Assembly: GCF_002105155.1 (NCBI RefSeq)
Contig: NW_019029001.1
Coordinates: 310,001-374,000 of the forward strand
Length of the DNA: 64,000 nucleotides
Direction of reading: 5' to 3'
Source: Lobosporangium transversale
Lineage: Eukaryota
The stretch's first letter is position 1; every line of letters starts with the position of its first letter. Positions 12,823 to 29,206 of this stretch are shown one piece after another. Under the pieces are notes generated by a model, which did no database searches, was not told the origin of the DNA, and was given only the letters and a program-made list of their open reading frames with translations. Both the position numbers and the translations under genes were made by a program.

Positions 12823-12829
12823 GGAACGG

Positions 12830-13330
12830 GGGTTTTTTTTGTGTTTCCTTTTTTGTTCATCAATTACTATATATATGAGCATGCACTAGGCAATTGAACA
12901 GACAGTTAAAGTGTTTCTTTGTTTTCTGTACATGTAGAAACATGGCATTTTCTCGCAACGCAGGCATATTATTTTGACATTTCGAAATAAAGAGTGCCAA
13001 AACACAAAAAAAGCATTTTCCTCCAATAGAATAAGCAAACCATTTAATTTTTTATGACTACTCTACAATCATGCAGACGCCAATCTCGCCAGGGCGAAAA
13101 CAAATCCCAAGGATTGATGTAAAAAGCATTGGTTTTATCTCACCTAATATTATGGCAGATACACACCAAAAAACTGCCAAAACCCACCTCTCTGATTCAC
13201 TCACCCGTCCATTCACAATGCGCTGTACAAACTATCAACAAGGCTCCGTTCAGCAAGAAGAGGGTAATAAGTAGTTTTCACTCCAAGCAATAAATACAAG
13301 CGACAACGCCCCTCCTATCTCCCCATTGAT
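12830..13330 (+). repeat. Dispersed repeat, copy 1 (paralog at ~32820-33330)
   Basis: Shared blocks, e.g. ACTCTACAATCATGCAGACGCC...AACAAATCCC and ACACACCAAAA...TGCCAA. Confidence 0.75.
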
Positions 13331-13746
13331 GCCAGAGACCTGTATGTCTGAATCTATTCTCTGATAAACAAAACAAAAAAAGCATTTTTTGCTATCATTG
13401 CTTGACAAGGATTTGGCCACCTTTCCTTTTCAAATCCAGTTTCTACACATCAAGCCAATATGGACATGTATTCAGCGCAATAATTCTTCTGTTGTTTACT
13501 GTTTTTTCAACGAGGCAAAGTATTAAATTTTCTGACAAGACAAGAGCCGACCGTGGCTTCGCCAGGGGCTTGCGGTTCGTTTTTAATAAATGGGAGATTT
13601 CGCAAGAAAGATATCTCCACGAAATAGAAATTCAAGAAGGAAAAGAATTTATGACTGGGTATTATTTAGTTTACAAGTAAGGACGACGAAGGTCTTTTGA
13701 ATTAATTGATGATTTTTTTTTTATTTTTATTTTTAAATTTTATTCA

Positions 13747-15723
13747 TCATTCCGAAGCTCTAGTGCTATGTGTGGCGTTGGATGCGACGGGTGAGTTCAT
13801 GTGGTTGAGTGGTGATGGTGAAGAAGCAGGGATGGGAATAGCAGGGATGATGTTGCCTTGAGTATATATTTTGGTTGTTGGAGATGCAGCGCGGATCACG
13901 CTATGCGCCCGATTCAGTTTAATTACCTGCGCTACTTCGTCATCCCCTGCAGGCGAACCTCCAGCTGACCCAGTCCGGATAGACGACAGCAGGTTCGTTT
14001 GCGACTGCTGTGCCATATAGCTGGTATATGATGATGTGGGTTGATATGTTTGTTGTTGTAGCGCTGGGGGAAGCTGACGTTGTGCAACTGGATGGTGATG
14101 AGGCTGCGGGATGTATAAAGGCTGTTGGAAGACAGGGGCGTGCTGTTGTTGTTGGACTGGAGCTGGAGCTGCTGGTTGTTGTAGCATAGGCTGTGGTTCG
14201 GGTTGTGATATTGTTTCATGTTGTTGCAACCCTCGAGTTTGCTCTTGTTCCTGTACTTGCGCTGGCGCTGGAGTAGGGGGAGAGGGTTGAGCATTCTCCT
14301 GTCGTAGTTGAGCTGCCTTCCTCTCTTCTGTATTGATCTCAGGGGGAGAATCAGTAGAAGTAGTTGCAATGGTGCTCACAGTGGCAGCAACAGCGGGGGT
14401 TGCTTGCTCCAATGACAATCCCAAATCGGATTTCCAGCGGTTCATAAATTTCTCTACTGAAGCCTGGTGTAGCATTCTGTTTTTGGACCCCAATAGCAAT
14501 GATTGAAGCAATGCAAGATCCGAGTGCGATTTCGAGAATTTGCCCTCGTTGATTGAGTTGGCCAGATCCGAGAGACTGCCGGTGGCAGTGGGTCCCACAA
14601 GCTGAGCCTCTAGGTCGGTTGTTGACAATGCGAAAGGCGGTCCTCCCACCATTTTCTCATCTGCCATTTCTCGAAGCTCCTCAATAGTGTATCCAAACCG
14701 AAAGAACTCAATCTGATTGTCTTGGAGCTGTTTCAGAAGCCTGGCTTTGGACTTCCAAAGTTGATTAATAGAGAGGGTGTCAGCCTTGGCAAGGATGGGG
14801 ATTAAATTGATGTGATGCATAATTCGTCTCATGAAAATAATGTCAACTGGCTTGAGATCATACAAAACGAAGTAAAGACATGCGTCAGGCAGTGAGTGTG
14901 CCATAGGGGAATCCACAAGAAGTCGTTCAAGGAAGGGATAGTATTGGGGTTGTTGGGCAGAGGGGGGTCCAGGGCGAGTGGCGGTAGAAAGAGGAGTGAT
15001 AGCATTACCAAACAGACCAAGTGTGGCGACATACTGTTCTGTCAAGAAGGTATCAACCCTGTCAATAGTTTCACGTGCATCCAAAGTCTGTCCATATCCA
15101 ACAAAGTCATGCACGACAACGTTCTCTGCAGGCACCATCTTGACATCGTCACCATCCATCTGTTTGTCGCCTCCGCCTTCACCATTGTTGTTGCCGTCCT
15201 CAGGTTCATCACCTTCAGCCGAAGATTTTGTTGACACAAAAAGCCATCTGGGGATTTCGAGGGTACTGACTGTACCCCTAACTAGATGCTGGCTTTCATT
15301 GTAGACCCGTCCATTATTAACCACACAAGCTGTATCATTATTGCCTTTAATACTTGGTTCACTATTAGAGTCGTTGTCGTCCTCATCTGACCCATTATTA
15401 TCCCGGGCCGAAAGTGTCATAAAATCAGATACAGATGGTTCCTGAGTAGACTGAACCTGTCCGGGGACAGTATTAAGAATCAAGTCGCGTGCTTTTGTCT
15501 TGCCTACGCCCGTGTCTCCAGCGAGAACCACACGCAGCGACGAAGCAATTTCTACAAAAATAATTGATAGCACAAGTGCAGTGCAGACAAAACAAGATGA
15601 AGCCAAATGAATGTTTGAAAAGCAAGTACGTTATGTTGTAAATTAATTTAATCCGATTCAAATCATCAAATCAAATCAAATCAACTTCAAAAAAAAATTA
15701 CCCAGCGGGAGAGTGCCTGGCAT
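13747..15723 (-). CDS. Divergent septin-like GTPase with Gln/Pro-rich C-terminus; exons 15723-15702, 15551-13747
   Basis: G1 GDTGVGKT, G3 DFVGYG, DACLYF, G4 NLIPILAKADTL, HSDL..L..LL; phase-1 GT-AG intron. Confidence 0.85.
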
Positions 15724-16187
15724 GATATGAACAATGAATGTGGGAATGAATGATGGAGAAGTTAGAGGAAAAAGAGAAAGAAGAGAGGCGAGGCTGTACC
15801 TATTGCTCATAATATTTTTTCGCCTTAATTGTTCGCCCTCTTACTGTAATTGTAATTGCAGCGGGCTCATTCTTTCTTTCTTTTTTTTTTGTTTTGGCAT
15901 CATTGAAGCCGCTTCGCCCGGTCCCCATCAAAATGACCCAAATGTTTTACCACGAGGCAGTGCAGCAAATGTGATATATACAAAGAGCCATCAACAGAAG
16001 CACTCTGTTTTTATTAGGTCTACCGTGGTGTGTATGTATAGGGGCAAAAGATGGAGAAGGAGAAAGAGAGTGCAAGAGAGTATTGTATATCACATTCATG
16101 TACCCTCTCTGTCTTCTAATAAAAAAAGATGTACAATCCCTGATGGTTCTGTATGAATGTCTGCGTCGTCTGATTCAACATGAATGT

Positions 16188-18454
<2,267 letters not shown>

Positions 18455-19121
18455 GGCGACACACGACAAGCACTAATGACTGAAGGTGTTGTTGATGTAG
18501 TGGTGTAGTCGTAAGATTGAAGTTGTAAAAAGTAATTATCAAAGGAATCCTTCCTTTTTGTTGTCCTGAATCTGTATACTTCTCCCTCTTACTTGTCAGT
18601 CGGTTAGTCAGTCAGGTTAAGCGATAAATGAAAGAAAACGGAGGTTGTGTGGGCTGTTTAGAAAAGAATGGGTAAATGAATGTGCAGGGTCATGTGTGTT
18701 CCTGGGCATGCGTGAACAAACGTCACTTTCTAGGCAGGGGCCCCCTGATTGGATATTTCAGAAACAGGAAATAAAAATTTATCAAGTATATAATTAAAAT
18801 GGTCTCTAATGCATGCAAATTACTTGACAACTGCCCGAATCGTCTGTAAAAAGTGAGATTATTTCTAGCGTAGTGCACTCATCATCCTTTAAATCTACCG
18901 GTTTGAGCTAAGCATCTCATCCGATTCTGGTTTGCGTAGAGTTTCTCGGTACGGACACAGGGGAGTGATATCGTCGTTCCGTGACTGGATATATGAATAA
19001 ACTATACACCATCATTCCACACCCTTGCATCGCTATAGCGACAACGAACTTATTACTCCTATCATTACTCTTACCATTACTCTTATCATTACTTTTTATT
19101 TCTTATTTTTATTTTTTTATT

Positions 19122-21774
19122 TTAGAGAGTTGTGATCATGTCTCCATGAGTCAATCCATTAAGGTCTATCTCCAAATTTATAGGAACATCTAATGCATAT
19201 GGATCAAACTCTCCATCGATAGTCGCATGTTCCTGGAGCCGTTGATGATGATGTTGATACTCTTGTTGGCGCTGCTGTTGACGCTGTTGGCGAAGCTCGT
19301 TCTCATTATCAAGCTCTATTCTACTTTTTTCATGTCCATACATATCATATTCTTCAATACTATAGCCATCATCCGCAGCTTCATCATAATGGTCGTTATC
19401 ATGCCCCGCGTCCTCCCATGGCTGAATTAATGGCCGCAACGGTACTGGTGGCATCATCGACAGGTATTCAATATCCCTTTCTGAAAGTACACGGGCTGCC
19501 TTGTTTTCTTCTTCATCTGGGTATATTATAATAGTCGGGATCACAAAAGTGCCGAGGGGCTTCCTGTTGCTGCTGCTGCTGCTGTTACAGACATTTGCTG
19601 GCCCTTGCTTCTTTGTCTTTGAAAACATGCTAGCAATGTTGGCAAGGCCGGAAGTGCTACTAGCCATCGAATCCCGTCCTTTAATACTAGTGATTGGAAT
19701 GATCTCATTCTCTGTAAAGGTGTAGTCTCCATTGATTCTTTCCTGCCGATATTGCAATGGAATGATGTCGAGCCTTTGTTCGTTCGTACTTTGCGGAAGT
19801 TCCACATTATCACCGTTTCTCCCATTGTTTATCAAGTAAATATGGGTATCTGTGAAATTTACTTGGATCGCTGGTCTCTGACCACAAATGCGACGATTAT
19901 AATTTTGGCTACGATCTTCGGTATCAAATTCGATTTCATCATCTTCTCCGATCTTGTAAAGTCGCTGCTGGCTTATGGAGGACTGGCGTATAGGGGTAGC
20001 AGGGCGTGATGAAGGCTTTAAAGTGTAGCTACTTTCGTTTCCATGAGAAGTTCGGATGCTTTTTTGCTGATTCAATTCCTGGTTTTTCTGTTGCAACTGC
20101 CGCCTTTGCTGTAAATTCGTAGGCATTTCAGTCTCAGTTGATGTCCCGGAGTCCAAAACCGGTATATATGACTTGCTCGAAGGAAATTCATAGTCATTGT
20201 GAAGACATTGATAATTTTGTACTTGGTTCTGCCTTGGTATACCATCCAATGTTGTGATGTTTGATAATCCAGGAGATATATATTCGAAACCCTCGATTAT
20301 GTGCTCAAGTTTGTCGCTTTTGATTTTGGTCAAGGGTTGTTCTGCGGAGCCTATGTATACATCATCCTTAGGTGTTGTCTTCACTGATTTTCCTGATTGA
20401 ATGGTTTCGTGAATGGTATCTGAGGGCTTGCTCGATCCTTCTAACAACGAGTTTCCTAAATCGTAATGTTGGTCCGGTATATAGATGGTTATGTCTCTGT
20501 TGGTGGTGTCTGATTTCAGCTCTATCGATAGAGGGGCTGCAGCAGTATTAGGAGCCCTGTTGGACAAGAACTCACAAGCACCATCATCCTCAAGTGTGAT
20601 CACAATCTGGGGTACTCTTTCCTCTTGTGGAAGATGACTAACATTGCTGTCCATGCTCAATGTCCTTCTGTCTTTCTCATGTCCATGTTGAGGCTCTCGT
20701 ACTTTGCAACTTGGAGGCCGCTCCTGGTAATGTGGTTCATGCATGTTAGCAAACTCCCTTGGCTTATCCTGTCCAGTGTTCGTGCTCTCGAGTGGAGCGA
20801 CGGCTGCTTGCCCCAACCCGAGGAGACGTTGGCTTAATTGGCTGATCCCCTTGTTGCAGCGGCTGGTAATGTTGCTGTTACTGCTACTATTGCTGTTGCT
20901 ACCATCAATTTGTCCCAATGAATGATGATGAAGGCTATGACGAATGCTTTCGAGTCTTCCCTTAGGGTTTTGAATGTCGAATTTACTAACCGGATCGATG
21001 GTTGCCACGCGTAAGCAAATAATACACATTATGGAGATACAGCAAGAAACTGCATGGACCCCATAGAATGCGGAAACAGCGGTCTTGAAGGGATGTGAAG
21101 CATTCTCGATGATCTTTTGACCCACTAATAAGACTGGGCTGATCAAGTTCTTTGATATGGTAATCAGGCCTAGAATTATTATAACGTGGAGGACAGCCAA
21201 GAATGCCCAGATGCTTAGTAGTGCTGCATACTATGGAATTATTAGTAATTAGAGTAAAAAAAGGGGAGGCAGAGGTAAATTCTTTGTACTACAGAATAAA
21301 AAAGACGAAACAAACGCGGGAAAGAGAAATTAGCTTACACAATAGAGGTATCCTAAACTCCTGATATGTGCGGCACTGACGCCAATGACTACAAAACATA
21401 GGCCAATGGCCGTCAATCCAGCTCCTATCCATGCACCGGAGTCAACCAGCAAATAGGTCAAGGCTAACAATGATCCCTGGATAGATCCATTAAGAGTCAT
21501 GGAGAGTCATAAAGAGGGGAGGAGTTGTAAAGAAGTAGGGATCAGAGTATATAACAAAATAAGATGGATTTAAATGGCGGGTAATTTTCATCAATTTTAG
21601 TCTCGTAAGCATGAAGGACAAGGAAATTTATCCATGTTTTATAACATTTTGCAATAAACAAAATCTCCGTGGCGTAGTTTCGCTTTTTAAACACTGCTGA
21701 TCTAAACAAAATTATGAGCCTACCGTCTGTAGCCAGAGCGACACTTTGAGGATCCCAATAAGGCTCAAGCCCAT
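19122..21774 (-). CDS. Hypothetical protein with ~4 N-terminal TM helices and a long disordered C-terminus; 3 exons
   Basis: 692-aa open frame; upstream exons MGLSLIGILKVSLWLQT and GSLLALTY...GYLYC join in phase through GT-AG introns. Confidence 0.7.
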
Positions 21775-23211
21775 AATGGATGTTATTATTACGAATTGAG
21801 GTAGAAGACAAAAGACAATGAAAAGGGCAGGGATCAAAAGAGGAGTAATTGCAGTTGCTGAGATGTGAGATCAGTTGTGCAGGCAAGACAAGCAAGTTCT
21901 GTTATTGTTGCCTGCAAGGGAGGGGAAGAGGACAAAAATATGATGACGTTGTTTTAGGATGAAGGATTGATGAGTAATAGATGGTGCATAGGTTTGTATG
22001 CAGTCGAAACAGTATAGGAATGACGGAAGAGGTGGATAGATGTAAAGAGCGAGTGTGGTTTACAAGAGTGGTAAAAATACAAAAAAGAATCGATATTGTT
22101 ACTCGATTGGACAGATTGCGAGGAGATGGGGTTGATTGCCAGGTATCAGATTGACTGATGAGAAATACGAAAAAAAAAAAAAAAAAAAAAAGTAAAGGAA
22201 CAAAGAAGGAAGGGAGCAGATAGGAGGTGTGTATATAATGCTTAATGTGTCCTTGATTCCTATTTGTGTCTAGATCAATGTTGAGTTAAAAGGAAGAGAG
22301 CGTAAAAGAACAGATGAAGCAAAGGAAAGAGAGGAAAAAAAAAGAGAGAGAGAGTAGAAAAGAAGAAAAGAGGGGAAGAAAAAAGAATGAGCAAATGCGA
22401 TGCCAGGAACAAGCACATAGACTTGAGTTGTAACAAAAGGAAAGTATGCTGTGGATTAAAACAGAAGCGTGTGGAAGCAAACAAAGAACCAGAATTAAGA
22501 GAGGCAACCTCGTTTGCACGTTTGCAAATGTTGTAGATCATCCACGGCGTACATTTCTATACATGAAATGGTGATATGGAGGTATTGACTATGCATCGGC
22601 CCATGCTCATGCTTTGTTATTGTTACTCGTTGTCATTTCATTTTATTGATTTGGTCTCTTTTTGAGAACATGTGTCGCAATACTGCGCATAGCCAAGATG
22701 ACGAAGATCTCTGGCTCATTATTCGTACTTATGACTCTTCTCTGGCCCGTCCCAAGGTTACCCAAGGTCCATGCTTTCCTTTGCTGTCGGAAAAGAAGGA
22801 TAAGTTCACTAACAAGTGTACAGTGTTGGCTAGTGTTATGGGCTACAAAGAGAAATTAAAAAGTGATTGGCAAAAAAACCATGTAATATTCATTTTGCTG
22901 ATGTGTACATAATGTATCCTACCGAATCGACTTTCTCATACGCTTTCTACACCAGCCAGCTATCTATCTTTTCTAAATTTGATCAAGAAAGGACTTTCTG
23001 GAGGTTGAATCAAGTGAGGTCCCTTGCTCACTCTTCTTTTACATTCCTTTTATCTTGTTCCTTGAATCCATTATGAGCGGATGCTTCATATCTTCATATT
23101 TGTATATCTTATCCATGTCTTTGTCTCTGAACCCCTTTCTCTGTTTTCCAAGAATCATTTAACTCCTGTCGTAAAGTAGGAGCTAAAGAATGCTTAACAA
23201 TGTTTCTAGTC

Positions 23212-23420
23212 AAATAATAATAGTAATAATAATTGTAATAATAATAATAATAACAATAACAATAACAACAACAACAACAACAATAATAATAATAATAATA
23301 ACAATAATAATAATAACAATAATAATAATAACAATAATAATAACAATAACAATAATAATAACAATAACAATAATAATAACAATAATAATAATAACAATAA
23401 CAATAATAATAATAACAATA
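23212..23420. repeat. (AAT/AAC)n compound microsatellite, ~210 bp
   Basis: Direct reading of the sequence. Confidence 0.98.
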
Positions 23421-25132
23421 ATCGCCCTTTTTTATTTTTTTAGTGAATGCTGTGATCAGTGTTGATGGTGGATAGGATGCTTTGTACTTTTTTTTTACAA
23501 TAATGATTCTCTATTTTCGGGCATCAGCCCTAATAGAAGCACGGACCAATGGATAGGAAAAGACTAAAGTTGACCGTTCTTTTTGTTATTTATTTATTGT
23601 GTCTATTTAGAAATATGCGGATGAGGTTGAGAATATCCATAGCAAATACAAGTTATACAGATGAAGAGTTTAGACTCCAATGTTGATCAAACAGGGTGCT
23701 ATCGTTTCATGACTTTTGCACGTGCACATGATAATGTGATCCTTCAGAACGAGAAGAATGATGACAAAAACAATCGTGGTTGTGAAGTGAGCAAGAAAGG
23801 AATGCACGCGATCGACCCGGATAAGAACATATTTATCCAAAAAAAAAAAAAAAAAAAAAAAAAAGATAATCATGTATTTTGTACTCAGATTCGATTAAAG
23901 ATAATGCAATTCAAAAACTAAAAGAGCTTGATAGGCCAAGGGAAAGTCTACAACGATTGAAGACAAACATTAACAACTCGGAGATGAGAAAGACAACAGG
24001 CGACGCACATTCGTGGTTTTCACTGGTATAGTATACCGCTCTCATAATCCAAGACCAGATAAAAAGGAGTATGTATTGCTTTTTTTTTTTTTTTTTTTTT
24101 TGGTAGAAGAAAGTGAATTGATTGATGAAGAAGAAAAGAAAAAAAGCGAGAGTGTGCTGGTATGAATATATATATATATATATATACCATGTGAAAGTGC
24201 TTTTATTTTACATATTTATATATTTATTTCTTTGGCTGTGAATGAATTATGTAAAAAAAAAAAAGTGTGAGAGCCGGGGCTTCAGTCTCAGCATGATCAT
24301 AATGTGTAAGAAATAGAATAATGCATGTGCACGGTTATCTTGACACTGTTGTGATGAACATAACCGGTAGATTTAAACAATTGACAGCTGCAATAGAAGA
24401 ACTTGACCCAAAGCGAGGATCAGTTGAGATACGTAGAAACGGCTCTATACAATCATTGGCCTTTTCTTTAAAAAAAGGGTGAGAAATAGAGTACAGGAGT
24501 GTTTAATAAGGAGCAGACACATGTCCCATGGACAATTATGGACAGGAGTATGTCATAAACGCGTGCAATAATGTGTACCTGAATATGACATGAAATCAGA
24601 GTCTACTCCGCAGATCTCGGTGGTGATAGAAGTTGTAGCAGGAGCAGTAGCAGGAGCAGTAGCAGTAGCAGTGGCCATGATGAGTAAAAGTGAATACGCC
24701 GTAGAATCACATAAAAACTTAAATAATAAAATAAGTAGAATTAATGAAAGTGAGCCATGGAGTAAAGCAAGAAATGGCGTGCGAGCGGTGCTCATCCAAC
24801 TGTTCTCATTCAATATATTTCTTAAAATGCTTTTAATGCAATCCATATAAAAACCAGAAGTGCCAGTGCATCGTGTCTCTCTTTTCCTTCCTCTTTCTTT
24901 CCTCTTGCATAAACAAAGCACACATTTTGCATCCTCCTGTCTCTTTCTTTCAACTCATTGTTTATATTACATCTCATTCCCAGCAACTTGTTCATTCATT
25001 CATTCAATCTTCATTCACCCATAACTCAATTCGATAATATCCCATATCCATATTCCATATCCATACATATTATTGCTCAACATCCTTCATCCTCCTATCC
25101 CAAGAAAAGAAAGAGGCAAAGAGAAACCCACT

Positions 25133-26693
25133 ATGAGTCTCCAGATCTACGACTTTGTGTCGTTCTTCTTCACACTCATTCTTGATATCTTCTTCAGAGA
25201 AATTCGTCCGCGAGGGGCGCATAAAGTACCTCGTCAGGGCCCTGTTATTTTTGTCGCCGCTCCTCATGCCAACCAGGTATTCTAAAGATCAATCCAAACC
25301 AAACCATTTGAGCTGTTCTTTTTCTTGTTGATGACTTATCTTTACAATCACATCAAAACAATAATAGTTTGTCGATCCCGTTATACTAATGCGCGAATGT
25401 GGTCGTCGAGTATCGTTTTTGGCCGCCAAAAAATCAATGGACCGCCGTTGGATCGGAGCTATGGCTCGCGCTATGAATGCAAGTACGTTCTGAACCTATA
25501 TTTTCATCTTTTATCTAGAAAAAGCGAGAAAGGCGAAAGAAAAAAAAAAAAAAAAAAAAGTTCCAGGTCCAGTGGAGGGAGAGAAAAGATAAAAGTCAGT
25601 AATGTATATGCAGTCTACCCACCAAATTCAACCATTGCGCCTATTGTTTATTTCTTTTCTGTGGAGAAACAAAAAAATTTAGTTTGTTGAGGGACCAAAA
25701 AGAAACGTGGGAAATAGTGCTGATATGGGCATTTCACATATGTATTTGTGCCTACATTTTCATTTATATCTCTACATCTTATTGTTGATTTCCTTTTATT
25801 CAAGGTGGTTTGGCTCGTGAAAGCTGGCGCCAGCTGTCTTTTTTTGCTGTTTTTCTCGATGCTTTGTCATGCATGGAAATGACAAAACGGCTGATAGAAA
25901 TAGTTTTTATTCGGTCCGCTTAACTTGCATAATTTTGGTTGGATCAGAGTTTTGGGTCTATAGTCGCTCGCTACAATCATCAGACCAGGCCTGGCGTGGA
26001 GCTTTCTTTACTTTGACATGCATAAATAGTGTATCTTCACAACTATGGTCAATATGCTATAAGGAGGCATTTGTTGCCGTACTTATTGATTTCCCTTTTT
26101 ATTTTTTATTTTTTCAACATGATACCCATGTCGCATAGTTCCGTCCGTGTGTGCTTTGACCATTGTCTTTGCTCATGATCTTTGTCACACCTTCACTAAA
26201 CGCAGTAAACCTTTCTTTGTACAAAAAAAAAAAAAAAAAAAATAGTTCCGGTTGAGCGCCCACAGGACTTAGCAAAGGCTGGTTCTGGAACTATCAAGCT
26301 ACTGGATCGTTATGGCGATCCTCTTCGCATCACAGGGGTTGGAACCAAGTTTACAAAGGAGCTCATGGTGGGAGATCAGATCACTCTGCCCAAGGATGTG
26401 GGGACTTCTGCAGTCGTTGAGATCATTTCAGACACAGAGCTGATCATTAAGAAGGAATTTAAAGAACTCAAAGCCCTTGAGCTGTTGACCAGTGCAGAGG
26501 GCGCCAAATACAAGTGCCTGCCTCATATGGACCAGTCTAATGTGTACAAAACTGTTTTTGAACGTCTCAATGCTGGTCATTGTGTCGGTATCTTTCCTGA
26601 AGGAGGCTCGCATGACCGTGCCGAAATGCTACCCCTTAAAGGTAAAAAAAAAAACAAAAAGATTCAACCAGTTCTGCTCTCACTGCTGATGTC

Positions 26694-26725
<32 letters not shown>

Positions 26726-28686
26726 GCTGGTGTTACGATCATGGCTCTGGGTGCTTTAGCTGCTAATCCGTCCTTGGATCTCAAAATTGTTTGCTGTGGC
26801 TTGAACTACTTTCATCCTCATCGCTTCCGCTCTCGTGCTGTCGTTGAGTTTAGTGATCCATTGACAGTACCTCCAGAGTTGGTTGAAAAATATAGAAAGG
26901 GTGGTGCTGATAAGCGTGAAGCCTGTGGAAAACTCCTTGATACGATTTATGATACCCTGAAGAATGTTACCCTCAATGCCCCAGATTATGAAACTTTAAT
27001 GGTAAATCTCGCTGAGCTCTTAAAGCTATGGCAGTTAGTGATGGTGCCAAAAGTTGAAGAGATATCAAGTCGGATTGATTGATATGAACATTGTTTCTTT
27101 TCTATAAATGCTATCCTTAGGTTATTCAAGCTGCTCGCCGCCTGTACAAACCAACACATCGGAAGCTACAGATCTCTCAGGTTGTGGAGCTTAATCGCCG
27201 CTTTGTTGCTGGATACTTGCATTTTAAAGACAATCCTAAGGTCATTGAAACCAAGGACAAGGTCATGCATTACAACACACAGCTCCGTTACCATGGACTT
27301 CGCGATCATCAAGTCAACATCTATACTACCAGAAGACATGCTATCGAACTCTTAATCTCTCGTATCGCTCAAATGGTCTTTTTGAGTATTCTGGCGCTTC
27401 CAGGGTAAGTTTTTTTTTTTTTTTTTCTTCTTTCTTCTTTCCTTCTCCATCCTTTTAATCTAAAAAAACTCTTAATATTAACAAATTCGGATGTCTTGAA
27501 ATTACATTTAATTCTTTTATTTGGCTTTTCCATAATCCATAGAGCCCTCATGAACCTTCCTGTTGCTATCGTCGCACGCATCATCAGTAATAAAAAAGCA
27601 AAAGGTATGAACTTATTCGATACAAGGTCATTGATCAAGTTGGGATTGCAAATCCGTAAAATTAATTTTTTTTTCTTTTTTCTCCTTCTTTTCTTTCCGC
27701 TCCAAATCTGAACAGAGGCATTGGCGGCATCTACAGTCAAGATTGCAGGAAGAGATGTACTGGCAACGTGGAAATTATTGGTCGCATTGGGATTGATGCC
27801 TGTGCTTTATTTCTCATACTCTGTCATCGTCTTTATTTTCTGTGGACGGTACAATATTTCATTGACAACTCGACTTTTAATTGCTTGGGCAGCCTGGGCA
27901 TGTATTCCATTTGTGACATATGCCAGCATTCGCTTCGGCGAGGTTGGTATTGATATCTTCAAATCTATACGACCTTTGTTTCTGTCCATCATTCCAGGCG
28001 AAGAAAACACAATCAATGAGCTCCGCAAGTCTCGCGCAGAGTTGCAAAAGACTATCAACCAACTCATTAATGAACTTGCACCAGAAATTTACCCTGACTT
28101 TGATTCCAAGCGCATCTTGGACCCTTCGCCTAACGATCGTCCAAGCCGTGCAGCCTCTCGGTCGGCTTCAGGCACCAATTTGGCTCAAACTATCTTCAAC
28201 ACTATGAACACAGCTGCACAACCGATTAATCAATGGTTGGGTATTGATGGTCGCTTTGAATGGGAGCGTGCCGATGATTCAGACGCCGATGATGTGTTCT
28301 TCTTCCTAAACCCCGCAGGGGCAATCCAAGGTCGGTCAAGGACATCTTCCTGGGGCGCATGGACACCCTCTGTGGATGGCTCTCGATCCAGAAGCCGAAG
28401 CAGGACTAGCTCTTTCGCATCAGGGCCTCAATTGGGTGAAGGGTTCAAGTTGGAAGCATTGACCGAATTGCCCAAGGACAAGCCCTTTGCAGAGGTTACA
28501 CGACGTCTGAGTCTTAACAGAAAGCAGAAGCATGGGCTAAGTGATATGACTAAAGCTGGTAATGAAGTTCGTGAGGTCGAAAACGGAGGTGGATTCATGC
28601 ACGAGGGACATTTTGTCAGTACACCACCTATTACTGTTCAGAACATGGATGATCCCATGGAAGTAGCCGAGCCAAATGAAGCATAG
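25133..28686 (+). CDS. Glycerol-3-phosphate/DHAP sn-1 acyltransferase (Sct1/Gpt2 family), multi-exon
   Basis: HANQFVD (HxxxxD, spliced), IPVERPQD, IFPEGGSHDR, CGLNYFHPHRFRSRAVVEF, STVKIAGRDVLATWK. Confidence 0.95.
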
Positions 28687-29206
28687 CATGAACAGATGTT
28701 ACGGTAGCGCAATTTTGAAAAAAATAAAAGTCATAGTTTTTACAATCGAGTGGGCTTACATTTGTGCAATATTCTAGATATACGCAACGACAGGTGGATA
28801 ACGTCGTAAACGCTTTAACGTCAGGATTTTCCGTATCCAAGTTCTTTGTAAAGGCTAGTAACGGTTTTTATCTTACTCCCGGAGTGGATTAAACCCATTA
28901 AGGGAATGGGGAGACCCGGTATTTGTTTTATTAGGTTCAGTCTCGCCAACGCGATTACCATCAGCGGTGGCCTCATCTTCGCTTCCGCCCTCATTTTCAT
29001 TCCCTTATCTATCTTACAGCCTTTTCCTGCATTTCTAACACCTTTTATCTCGGAGGATGACTGGTTTCAAAATTAGAAGCTCAGTTTGACCTTTAGAATA
29101 AAAGTTTAGCCATTGATGTATTAATGTTCTGTTTAAGCATTTGGGAAAAGCTCTACATCTCATATACTTTTTACTATTCCTATTATTATTGTTTTTTGTC
29201 TAACTT

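Noticed and set aside
23190..23465. Poly-Ile/Thr and poly-Leu ORFs
   Set aside because: They are translations of the AAT/AAC microsatellite
26131..26150. Decoy acceptor ATAG|TTCCG in the long acyltransferase intron
   Set aside because: 107 nt from the true acceptor, so out of frame; the short match is probably chance
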